64,000 bases of DNA from Vitrella brassicaformis CCMP3155 (taxonomy: Eukaryota > Protista > Chromerida): positions 62,001-126,000 of the forward strand of contig CDMY01000182.1 of assembly GCA_001179505.1 (NCBI GenBank), given 5' to 3'. The first letter of the stretch is position 1. Every line of letters begins with the position of its first letter. Under the pieces are notes generated by a model, which searched no databases, was not told the origin of the DNA, and was given only the letters and a program-made list of their open reading frames with translations. Both the position numbers and the translations under genes were made by a program. Of the stretch, positions 29,530-40,956 are shown one piece after another.

Positions 29530-29848
29530 ATGATTATGAAGCCTACCAGAAGTTCGAGCATGATCTGGCTTGGGCGGAGCGGCGAGGGGCTGCTGTAGGC
29601 GAAGATGATGACAGCGATGACGACGAGGACGAGGAGTATGATTGAACGTGGTGGGGATGAGGCCGATGTGTGTGGGCCATATTGTGATCAGGAATGGGTC
29701 GTTGGCGTTGGCTATTTTGCGTTGTCTGAGCAGTTGAATGTGACCACTTTTTTCTGAGTAATTGGATATATGGCGTTCCCCCATAGCCGGCGGTCAGTCA
29801 AGAGAGGTCCAATGTGTGCGTTCAATATGTGTGTGGCCTCTCCAGGGC

Positions 29849-29910
29849 CAGCCCTACAGTTACAAGGCCAGCCTTCTAACTGTAAGGCTGGCCTTCTGAC
29901 TGCAGGGCTG
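29849..29910. repeat. Inverted repeat / hairpin (27-bp arms, 3 mismatches, 8-nt loop)
   Basis: Left arm cagccctacagttacaaggccagcctt (29849-29875); right arm aaggctggccttctgactgcagggctg (29884-29910). Confidence 0.85.
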
Positions 29911-29992
29911 AACATGCCGACCTCCCGGTCGCAGGGCCAGCTTTGGCGTACAAGTCGCGCCTAGTGGTATACAAGGAGAGCATGGCGAACAT

Positions 29993-30172
29993 ACAGACAG
30001 ACGCCCGGTTCTCTCTTCTCTCCGTACATCCAGTGTGTGCCACGGACAGGCCAACCAATGCATTGAATTAGCATATCCTACGCACGGTAAGGGTGTGGAT
30101 GAGCACGTCAGCCACCGACACACCCATCTGCAATGGGAAAAGCCCTCGTGAGGGATCGTGGATCTCGCCTGA
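29993..30172. repeat. 180-bp direct repeat, copy 2, ending 60 bp before the PRMT ATG
   Basis: Matches 26608-26787. Confidence 0.93.
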
Positions 30173-30231
30173 GATCAGCTCGCAAGATGCGAGAGAGAAG
30201 AAAAGAATAAGGGGCCGACTTGATCAATCAG

Positions 30232-31552
30232 ATGGATGAATCGATGGACGAGTACCTGACGTCCTATGAGGACATCGACGTGCACGCACTCATGCTGAAG
30301 GACCTGCCGCGGACCCGCGCGTACTGTGATGCCATTCAGCAGTGCGCCGGCCTCCTTGAGGGCAAAACGGTGCTCGACGTGGGGGCCGGCAGCGGCATTC
30401 TCTCTCTGTTTGCCGCCCGTGCCGGAGCCAGGCGTGTGTATGCCGTGGAGGCAAGCAACATGGCCCACATAGCCAAGGAGATCGTGGCTGCCAACGGTCT
30501 GGGCGACGTGGTGGAGGTGATCCATACCGCAGTGGAGGATGTCACTTTGCCCGTCGATGCAGTGGATGTCATTGTGTCCGGTGAGGCAGTGCACTGAGCC
30601 ACAGACACAAACACACGGACGGCTTGGGAGGCAAGATCACATGAGTGCAGGCAGGCCATCCATGATCCATCCATCCCGTGGTGTTGGTCGTTGTTGGGGT
30701 GATGGATCGTACTTTCAGAGTGGATGGGGTTCTATCTGCTGCATGAGTCGATGCTCGACTCCGTCATCTATGCCCGAGATCGATGGCTCAGACCGGGCGG
30801 CCTGATGCTTCCCTCGTCGGCCCGCCTACACATCGCCATGTGTGACCTCTCCGACTACTGGCGAGAAGAGTTTGAGTGGACGAGAGATTTCTTTGGCTTT
30901 GATATGACGCCTTTGGTGCCCCATCTGAAGGAGCGCCGCTTCCGTGAGCCGTTGATCATGTCTGTGGACGAGCGGTGTGTGTGGCGCGAGAGTGCGGCGA
31001 CGGTGCTGCAGCTGGACATGAGCAAGTGCTCTGCAAGTGAGCTGGAGGCCTTCCAGGTCGAGAGCAGGTTGACTGTGTGTCCTGGCGGCAATAATGAGGC
31101 CAGGAAGGTGCACGGCTTCCTGCTGTGGTTTGACGTGGGCTTCCCGTCAGTGTCTGACAAAGAGCAGCCCGTTGTGTTGTCCACTGCCCCGTGGCAGCCG
31201 CAGACTCACTGGAAACAGGCACGTTGGGTGAGGGGGTGGGGGGCGGGGGATAGCAAGCAGGAGTGATGCATGGCATGCACTGGCAGTCAGTCATTGCATC
31301 CTCTCTTGCTGTCTGTCTGGCTGTTTGGCTGTCTGGCTGTCTGTGTGTCAGGTGGTGATTCCCTTGCCTGAGCCAATGTCGGTGTGTGAGATGGTTGCGG
31401 ACGAGAGGGCAGGCGAGGGCGGCGCTTCGTGTGGCGCTGCTGGTGTGCGTGTGTCGAGTGCGCTGCGGTTTGTGCGTGAGGGGGGCTCGCGGAACTATAC
31501 CCTCGACCTCGAGATCACCGATGTGCAGGTGGTCAAGGGCACCGGGGAGTGA
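30232..31552 (+). CDS. Type I protein arginine N-methyltransferase (PRMT1/6-like), 3 exons
   Basis: YEDIDVHALMLKDLPRT, VLDVGAGSGILSLFAARAGA, VYAVEAS, VDVIVS|EWMGFYLLHESML (double-E loop), ARDRWLRPGG, LSTAP and THWKQ loop. Stop at 31550-31552. Confidence 0.94.
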
Positions 31553-32208
31553 ACGATTGGCATAGAGGGGTGTGGGTGCGTGGGTGCCTTGTCGGTCGAT
31601 CGGTGTGCGACTGACATTGACCTTTAAGAGTATTAATTTGTGTCGTCGATCTCGTGTACGCATCACACACATCAGTGAGTGAGTCATGGACACGGACATG
31701 GACCACCTGCTGTCTCTCTCTGTGTGACCTAATGAGCTACCTACCGATGGATGGATGCACCAGAAAGCACTACCTACCTCTGTCCATGTGTACCCACCCA
31801 CCTGTCTGTCTGTCTGTCTGTCTGTCTGTGTGGCCAGTCTTCATTCATCATGACCAACTGAAATAAACTTGTGCTGTCCACCCATCCGTTCTTCGGTCTG
31901 TCTTTCTTTACCCCCCGCGCGTATGCCTGGCGTCTCTGTGCCTTCCCATACGTGTAGGCAGCCATGGCCGACCAGCCAGCCACTGCTGCCCACGTAACAC
32001 AGGAAGTCGGCGACACGTCAGGTTCGCGCATCCGCCCAGAAAATGGGTGGTCATTACACACACGACTGCAGGCGAAACGGGTCAGAGTCTGTGAAAGGAA
32101 TGGATGCATGCTGCCGTCTGTCCGTCCGTCCCCACGCACCACCACCCCCACACAGCCCACCACCCCCATGACAGGAGTAAGCTAATCTAGTCACTTCCAT
32201 GGCTTGAT

Positions 32209-35137
32209 CTACTTGGTGTCCTCGCCATTTGCCGCAGTGTCGTCGGTGCCGTCTTGGTCTGCCGGCTGTGTCTTGGCTGCTGCCGCAGACAAGTCGATGC
32301 GGCGCTTCTTGCTGTCGCCCTGCTCGTCCGCACCGCCGTCACCGGTCCTACACACACGTGTGCACACACAGCACATCGGTCAATGCGTGAGGGATCAAGG
32401 GGAGCGAGGCTGTGTCTGTGTGTAGCCGCATACCTTTTGGCAGAGACAACGCCGATGTCGCGCACCTGACCGCCAGACAGCTGGGGCTGACCCTAAACCA
32501 CACCACACCACACCAAACCACACCACATCCATTTATCCATCCACACGTCCGTCCGTATTTTGGACGGGTCCGTGTAGGGTGCTTTGCTTACGAATGCGGA
32601 CGAGGCTGACGACTGCATGGAGCCCATCTGTCGCGCCTCGCTCCGGATGTCGCGGATGGTGCCCTTGTCGAGGTTCGCCTCACCACCCTGAGGCGATGAG
32701 ATGCGATGCGATGCACACGTGAACGCATCAGAGGACAGACACCCAATTGTGGCACGGATGGCACGTGATGGTGAGGCGAGGTGGTGGTGGGACCATGCAT
32801 GTTATGTGCTGACCTACCCTGCCCTACCCACCTCGATCTTTCTGCGGAGAGCGGCCATCTGCAGTCCAGCGCAAGGCAACGCAACGCAGCAACATGTGAA
32901 TGAACGACTGGATGAATGGGTGTGCGTCCGTTTGTTCTCTATGTCTCTCTCTCTCTCACGTACATTCTCCTGGACCTCCTCCATTGTGACCTGGTAGTCC
33001 TCTTTGCGCTCGGCTGCATCGCACACACAACATAACATACGTCACAAAGCGGGCAGCAAGTGTGTGCGGACGACGTGCGCCATCCATCCATCCATCCATC
33101 CTCAGCGAGAGCGAGCGACGTTCTTACGTGAGAGGGATGTGCCCCCGACGCCCTGTATGGCCTTCTCCATCCCCTCGTACGCCAACTACACATAAGACAT
33201 CACACACACACACACACACACAACAAAGCGGAGATCACTTGTCTGTTGAGATCGGTCCCTCCCTCCCTCGCTCGTTTCTCGACCTACCTGGTATGCTTCG
33301 AGTGCCTTTTGGTTCTCATCGGCATACGTGTGGGCCTGCGCCAGGGCAATCAGCCTGTGGTCGGTCCAATGGATGAGGGGATACCAAGACACACACCAAA
33401 CACACACACCGGATAGACAGGGGGAAGGATGGAGGCACTTGTGTGCTGTGCAGGTGTGTGTGGGTTTGTGTGGTGTGCTGACGGGGCGTGCAGGTCGTTG
33501 GGCGGCAGGTTGTGCTGCTTCCGCAGCTCAATCGCGCGGGCAAACTCCTGAAGGGGGGGCGACACACAAAACAACAGAATGCGTTCGTGCAGGGGCAGCA
33601 AGCCAAGTGCCTCGATCTGCCCACCTCGGCCGCTTGCGAGAATTCCCCCTTGAGCATCAGAATGTCACCCAGACTGCACACACACACACAAATGCGTATG
33701 GGCGCGTGTTGTGATGTCCGTGGTGGGAGCGCACCGTACGATGACGAACGTGAGGTCTCTGACGTCCTCGATGGCCACATTGCCCGCACGCTCCTGACTG
33801 ATGGATACATGAACACATGGTGTTCCATCGCAGGGCAGACACCAACAGACACCAACAGACACCAACAGACAGACAGGGGATGGATGGGCGGACACCGTCT
33901 GTCTGCCTGCCTGTCTGTGTCTGTTCCCTCCCTCCCTCCCTCCCTCCCTGGTTGCTTGCTTGCCCCCCTTACGCATTGATTCGCTTCTCATAGGCCCTTC
34001 GCGCCACCTCCAGGATCTCCCACGCCAGCTGCACCCACCAAACAACCAACCACACGCCGTGAGTCCCCCTCCCTCCATCCCCAATGGCGCCTTACCCATC
34101 CCACCCACCTGCAGGTCCTCGTGGTCGGTCTCGACAATCGGGAACTCCTCCTCATCGGCACCACCACCTCCACCACCACCAGCGGCGGCTGCTGCGCTGG
34201 AGCTCTCTGCCGCCGATGCTGATGCAGATGCCGCAGCGGCTGAGCTGCTCGACGGCTGGTCCTTCTTGCTGGCCGATGGGGCACTGGTGGCCGGTGCTGC
34301 TGCTGCTGCTGCTGTTGATGCGCCCTGCTGGTCGTCCAGCTGTGATAGTTGTTTGAGGAAGTCCTCCGAGTTTTCCTCGTTGGTCAGCAACGCATCACTG
34401 AGTGATATCCATACAAACATACACAACGGCAGAAGTGGACGGACAGACAGACCGACATGAAGGACAGATGGATGGATGGATGGAGAAAAGAGTATCGTTC
34501 CGCTGACCCGTAGTTGAGGTAGAATGCGGCGAGGTCGGGGTGCCCGTCCTCATTGTCGTACTCGGCCAACCTGCACACCACAAACCACCGAGCCATGGAG
34601 GCAGGCAGGCAGGCACTCATCCATCCATCAGTGGCCTCATACACACATACATCACGTCCGTCGTGCCCAATGTGTGTGTCCCTACTTGAGTTCGAGTGCC
34701 TTGCAGAATCGGTGAATGGCCCGCACGTACTCTTTGGCTCTCTTGGCCTCCTCACCCTGAACCGTCAGCGTCTCGGCTGTGGCACCGGGCTCCAACTCAT
34801 CTGTGGGTGCCGGTCAGTCAGTGTGACACACACACAGCCACCAACCATGTATACCATCCTCCCCGGCAACCGTCAGATTGGGTGCGTATGTGTGCGTCAG
34901 TGGGTGCGTACCGTCGTCGTCGTCCTGGACGTCTCCCCCTTCGTCCTGCTGATCTTCGTCTCCCTCGCCCTCGCCCTCCTCGTCCAGGTCATAGTCCTCG
35001 ATGGGACGCTCGGCCGTACCTAACACACACACAGAGCACACCGCACATGCGCCAACACCACACGGGACGGCAGGGCACGTATGTCGTCAGCAAAACAGCA
35101 GATCTGGGTGAGGCGCCAGCTCACCTTTCTCGTCCAT
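32209..35137 (-). CDS. NASP/Sim3/Hif1-like SHNi-TPR histone H3-H4 chaperone
   Basis: MDEK|GTAERPIEDYDLDEE (acidic); TPR helices EAKRAKEYVRAIHRFCKALELK and HPDLAAFYLNYG|DALL; acidic insert; EDLQ|LAWEILEVAR; LGDILMLKGEFSQA; basic NLS-like SKKRRID near the stop at 32209-32211. Confidence 0.82.
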
Positions 35138-35284
35138 CTCGCCGGTCAGCAGATCTTTTACCACTGCTTCACCACTGCTGATTTCCTGCGAGCTTGCATT
35201 GCGAGCCTGGGAATGTATGGAGGAGAAAAAGGTTCTCTCTCGGTGTGCATGGCATAGCAGGGTGTGATGGAGTGTTTGTAGAGG
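35069..35284. repeat. 216-bp direct repeat, copy 1 (NASP upstream region, first coding exon and intron donor)
   Basis: Matches 40412-40627 with 3 mismatches in a by-eye alignment. Confidence 0.95.
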
Positions 35285-35609
35285 AAGGGTATAGGAATGG
35301 AGAAGACGTTCATGCATTCATAAGAATGACATGGATGTGCGTATCTATCTCTGGCACACCTCTAGCCAGTCAGTGGTCTGTCTGTCGCTCAGTGTTTGTG
35401 TCGATGGCGAGCCACCGACCGCACAGCACCGCTCGTTCGTTCGTCTAAAAGGCGGCAGCCGAGCGTCACATCCGGCCGGCCGGCCGGCCGGGATACTCTC
35501 TGGACAGGGCGCCTGTCTGTCTGTCTGTACACTAGCTAGCTAAGCTATTCACACTGGCTGGGGCTGGCTGGCTGGCAACTATCTAATCTATCTATCTGCC
35601 GTCCCCTCC

Positions 35610-38600
35610 TCAATCCGTCACCTCCCCCCCATCTGTGTCCAATCCCTCACTCTCCTCCTCGGAAGAATCAGAAGATCCACATCCTAAGCCCTCCTCGGAG
35701 CTCTCCTCGGAGCTCAACACTAGCTCCATATTCATCCAGTTGACGTAGCTTTCATTATAACCATTCCCCTCCACACACCTCCACGACTCAACCACATCAT
35801 AGGCGGACCCCACCTCTCTCTCTGCCTCCCGCAGCAAAGCCCTGAGGGCGTCGCGAGGGCACGGCTCGATATACTCCTTTAACGACTCGACGAGCCGGCA
35901 CTTGCCTGCGAGCGACTCTGTGCTTATGCGCAGGCTGATGCTGGCTTTGGCTGGCTTGATGGACATGAGCAGAGATAAGACAGACCGCGCACACCCCTTG
36001 CTAAGAATCTGCCCCTCATTCGACACGTGCAGCGACTTGACGGCAGGGAAGGCCAGGCCAGGCACGGGCACGTGCGATGCATCGGGCAGCTCTTGCTCGC
36101 CCAGCCTAATATGCAGCTCATCCAGCTCACGGGCATGCAGATACGACACACACTGCGACACGGTGCGAAGGCTCTCTGCATCACAAAACACCTGACGCAC
36201 ACCCGTCAGGCTGCCCAGCAGCTCCTGCAGCCTGGCGGCCTCAGCACCGGTCGGCATGCTGTGGTTGTCCGCACTGTCGCGCCACACGTGCGTGTAGCTC
36301 GATATGCTGATGCAGAGGTGCTGTATGTTGGGGAGGTGTGTGTTGTTGCCGTTGTCGTCCTTGGCCACCAGCCACTCGGGGATGCTGGTGATGAGCTGGC
36401 GGACGGGGGGGAGGGGGTCACCTCGGCGTCTGTCGCGGGGTGGATGGATGGAGAGCTTGGTGGCCGTGGGAAACGTCAGCACCGGACCCCATGTGTCGTG
36501 CAGGGGAGCACCGCCGTACACAAACTTGACCTACGACGGGGGCAAGAGAGAGAAGGGCAGACATGAACCATTCCACTTATGCTGGTGTCCCTCTCCCGCA
36601 CTAACTCACCGCGTCGCATTCTGTCGTCAGGTCGGTGATGAGTTGGCCGACAGGTCCGTGCGGGGCCGGAAGTGTATCGCCTCCCTCCTTGCTGCAGTCG
36701 ATGACGATGTCGTCAAACTGCGGCGGGGTATCTGTGAGAATCTTGGAACGCTTGCATCGGGGGTCGTCCTCACTGCACGACACACACACACACACACGGA
36801 CACAAAACGCAATGTGTCGGCTCTGCGCTTCGATTCCCCCTGCAGGTCTCACTCACCGTGGCATCAACACGATTTTGCATTTGGTCTTCTCGGCCCAGGT
36901 GAGCAGGTCCTGCAGGCTGAAGTGGTTGGGGCCGCGCGGTCGGTCAGCTGGCGGCTGAAGTCGGCACCAAACGAGAAGCGATGGTGAATGGTGATGGTCT
37001 TCTCCACATCTGCACAGCACAGATGACACATATGCAGCAAAAAGTGCCTCCCTGTGTGGTGTCAAGCTGCGCGCCCACCTATCATGTGTTGGGCGCGCCA
37101 GTTGGTGTCGAGTGCCGTGGTGAGGCGGCCCAGCGAATCGTAGATGCACCCATTGGGACTGACACACACACACACTCAGGGACGTGGATGGGTGTCGCAT
37201 GCACCCCATGCGTCTGCCTCCCCGCCTTGCTCACTCCTCTTCGAGGTGGATGCCGCTGATGCTTCTGATGTTGGGGCAACCACTCAGCGAACTGACATCC
37301 ACACACAGATCCACACACCAAGAGAGAAGGAAAGAAAGGTCCGTGTGGTGTGTGAGAGTGAGGTTGGTTGCCTTGTCGTTAAATGGTATATATACCTCCT
37401 TACTTACCGGGTGAATGCCTGCCACTCGTCCCCTTCTGTGGCATCGATGACGTCGGCCTTGATGGATGTGATCGCCCGAGAGGTCGACACGATGTGGGTG
37501 ACGGCCGGCAGGTGGGAAATGCGCCCGTCCAAAAGGCAACGCTCGCCACACACCTTGCCGACACTCAGCACCTCCAGACTCGGAAACATCCACTTCCAAT
37601 CCCTGACACGACATATTAACACACAACACAACACAACACACAGAGAGTTGTGTCTGCTCGTCGCGCTTTTGCTGCCCTTCCCTCTTTTCCTTACATGACT
37701 AGGTCTAGGTAGTCTGTATGTGTGATGTGTAGCTGCTTGGTCTTCTCAAACACCACCGGCTCCGCCCCCTTCGTATTGCCGTCTCGGTTCTTGTGGCACT
37801 GACGCTTCGGATCGTCCACACGGATGTGGGTGAGCGTGGCATTGGACGCTTCGATGACCTCCACTGCAGCCTCCAGCACCCACTTGGAGCCTGTGGTCTC
37901 TATGAACGCCGCGTTGAGCTTGCTCTGACACACACACAGACAACACCCACACCCACACACACACACGAATCCATTCATCCATCCATCCATCCACCATTCT
38001 GTCGTCACCACTGCCCATTCGCCCACCCACCCACGCACCAGTCGTGGTTTGAGTGTGTCTGTGAGTTCGATCTTGTCCCAGTAGTCGTACTCCTTTTTCA
38101 AGATGGTCAGGTCACGATACAACCCCGTATGTGGCGTCGGTGGTCTTCTGATGCAGCTGCCGGCACACGAGTGAGAGCGGCTTGCGCTCGAGGGTGGTGA
38201 GGAAGCCGCCGACTTCATACACGATCTCGGCCTCGAGCTGAGCCAACCGAACGCCAGCAACCTTATCCGGCACACGCATCCAATCCCACACAGAAGGAGA
38301 GCAGGAGTCATACAGCCTCTCTGTGTTGTTGCGTCATCCATGGCTCACTCACCCGAGCAGCGGCGGCACGCCCACTCCCACCTCGCCCACCGCGGCCCCT
38401 TTTGCCACGGGTGGCGAGCTTGATGTCGTCACAGTGCGTGAGTGATGGGTGTGGGGGGAGCGATGCGTCAGAGTTGGAGTCCTCCTCGTCTCTGTCTCTG
38501 TCTCGCATTGACGCGTCGTCTTCGTTGTCTCGGCCTCGGGGTCCCCCTCGCTGTCCGTCGTTGTCGTCTGCTGCTGATGCTGGCGGGGCGTGCCCGATGG

Positions 38601-40480
38601 CGCCGTACTCAATGATGTTGGCCTTGAGGGGGTCCTCGCAGTACTGGGGGAGCACTGGGGACACACACACATGGGTTGGTGCACTCATTTGCGGCGGGCG
38701 GACGTGTGTATTGGGTACGTCTAGGTGGTGGTGTCGGGTCGGAGGGTTTGTTGCTCTTATTGCGCTGTGTGTTGTCGATGATGAGCATGGCCATCTCGAT
38801 GCCCGTGATCTCCTCGGCGTCGCCATCCTCATACTCAATGCTGAACAGACCGCTGGTGCTGTCGTATCCTGACACAGTACCCTGCACACGCACACAAACA
38901 CATGGGCAGATCGGATGATATGTCGCCTGTTTCTCTCCCTCCCTCCCCCCCTCCCTCCCTCCCTCCCTCCCCCTGTTTCGTACCTGGAAGTAGTAGCTAT
39001 TACGCACATCGTTGCGCGCGTTGAATTTGCGATCGATGACCGACTTGCCCAGATGCACCCCCAGCAGCGGCACCCACCCGCCACTCTGTCCACACCCGCA
39101 GACGCAGCCGACGCACTCCCGGCACCTTTGCCTCGAGGGACCGCTGCCGCCGCCGCCGCAGCTGGTTCTGCTGAGTCAGGCTCTGGTGGTGGTGGTAGGT
39201 TCTGCATGTCCAGTGAGTAGAGCCGTTCGGCGATGTAGCACTTGTACTTGGTTGTCATGTTGGGGGGCAGGTCGATGAGTAGCTCGTCCCCCGGGTTGAG
39301 CGCCTTGCCGGGCCTCCGGAGCAGCAACAGGTGCGGCCAGCCGTCACGATACACCTACACCCATACCCACACACACACACACACACACGCGGACACATAG
39401 GTGACCACCAACCACAACTCACTCGTTCGTGTGCTGACCGACCGTGCCAATCTGCACGTTAGATTTTCGCTACTGCATGCTCTGCAGCACCGCAGCTGGC
39501 TGGAAATACGCGACGCGGTTCTTGGCCGCGCGGAAGTTGAGCATCAGGCTGCCGTCCTGTGGCACAGGTGGCCGCTGGAGCCGCTGCTCTGGCTCCGGCT
39601 CCGGCTGTGAGTGGGAGCTAGGTGTGTTGCCGTGGGGAGGGGGTGGGGGCGGGAGTGCGTCGTCGACGAATCGCAGCGGCCAGATGTGCCGGGGGTCGTT
39701 CCATGCCTCGGGCGTCTGCGGCACCACCTCACCCGTCAGCTCACCCAGCAACGTGATGCTCTGTGTGCACGACAAACCAAACCAACAGCCACAGCCACAC
39801 ACAAAAGACACAGATCATCATTCCATCTATGGAGTGCCCTCCCCCCCCCCCTCCCGCCTCCCTCTCTGACTTTGTCTGAGGCACCCTTCGGCTCGCCCCG
39901 GTAGACGCACACGAAGGCCGAATCGTCTGCCGTAAGACCTGCACGCTTCGGGTGCTTTGGGTCGGTGACCCGCTGTAGCTCAAGTGTGGCATTCTCCTGG
40001 CTGGCGGCGTCCTCTAAGATGCGCACGAGGTTGGGGTACCACTGCAGCGCCCTCGACGAGGTGAAGTAGTGGGGGGACGCCCCGACCTTGCCGCAGTAGT
40101 CTGCCAGCTGGTTCTTGATGGACGGGTCGCGGCAAAGCTGGTGGCCGGCGTACTCCGCCTGGTCAATTCGCAATGCGTCCTCTAGCGCAACTGCTGAATC
40201 AGATGTCATGAGTGCAGGCAGGGCAGATGCGATTCACACCCCATGCAGCAAACACAGAAGATGACGCATAGCACCGTCTGGCCTGCTGTTTCTTTCAGCC
40301 CGCTTACAGGAATGCATTATTGCTGGAGGACCCTCTCGTCCATCAGGCCGCTGCGTTTCGTCTCGTGAGCCCTCTGATGGCGGCCGGCCGACGGACGGCA
40401 CGGCAGGGCAGGGCAGGGCACGTATGTCGTCAGCAAAACAGCAGATCTGGGTGAGGCGCCAGCTCACCTTTCTCGTCCAT
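35610..40480 (-). pseudogene. Chimeric gene or pseudogene: degenerate SET-like, Tudor-like, F-box-like and lineage-specific repeat-like C-terminal region; start at 40480 or 40209
   Basis: SET-like LLGELTGEVV and DGWPHLLLL...LNPGDELLIDL; Tudor-like LGKSVIDRKF...YFQ|GTVSGYDSTSGLFSIEYEDGDAEEI; F-box-like LAQLEAEIVYEVGGFLTTLERKPLSLVCRQLH; last exon ends at 35610. Apparent frame breaks at 39058-39062 and 38123-38126, and a TAG at 39470-39472 that could be intronic. Confidence 0.5.
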
Positions 40481-40627
40481 CTCGCCGGTCAGCAGATCTT
40501 TTACCACTGCTTCACCACTGCTGATTTCCTGCGAGCTTGCATTGCGAGCTTGGGAATGTTTGGAGGAGGAAAAGGTTCTCTCTCGGTGTGCATGGCATAG
40601 CAGGGTGTGATGGAGTGTTTGTAGAGG
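40412..40627. repeat. 216-bp direct repeat, copy 2, in the spacer between the chimeric gene and the USP7-like gene
   Basis: Matches 35069-35284. Confidence 0.95.
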
Positions 40628-40956
40628 CGTACGTCCGTCGGTTTGCTCTTGTGCGGCGTCTCTCTTGCTCCTCCCGGCGGAGAGATGGGTAGATGAATGA
40701 AGCATGTAAGCCAGCACCACACCACACAACACAACACGACGGACGCACAGCGCCACACGCACACGAGGCAGACAGGGACAGCGCACACAGACCAGCCCGT
40801 CTCAGCGATGCTCTCACCATCGCCTGTGCGCCCAGCAGCACGGCGCGGCAGGCCACATGGCAGATCAGCAGCACACACACGCCATGAGACCGCGCAGAGC
40901 AGTCAGTGTCGCTCCACGCCTTCAGATCAGCATTCTCGTGACGACGCTCTCGCACC

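Noticed and set aside
26608-30172. LTR retrotransposon or DNA transposon interpretation of the 180-bp repeats
   Set aside because: No TG..CA termini, PBS/PPT, target-site duplication, or RT/integrase/transposase coding seen; kept only as a local duplication.
12916-31552. Metabolic link between MTHFR (SAM supply) and the methyltransferase genes
   Set aside because: They are 14 kb and several unrelated genes apart; nothing beyond a plausible story.
40388-40641. 10-bp inverted repeat (ccgacggacg / cgtccgtcgg) flanking repeat copy 2, as possible TIRs
   Set aside because: Too short, not flush with the duplicated segment, and made of the common (ACGG)n motif.
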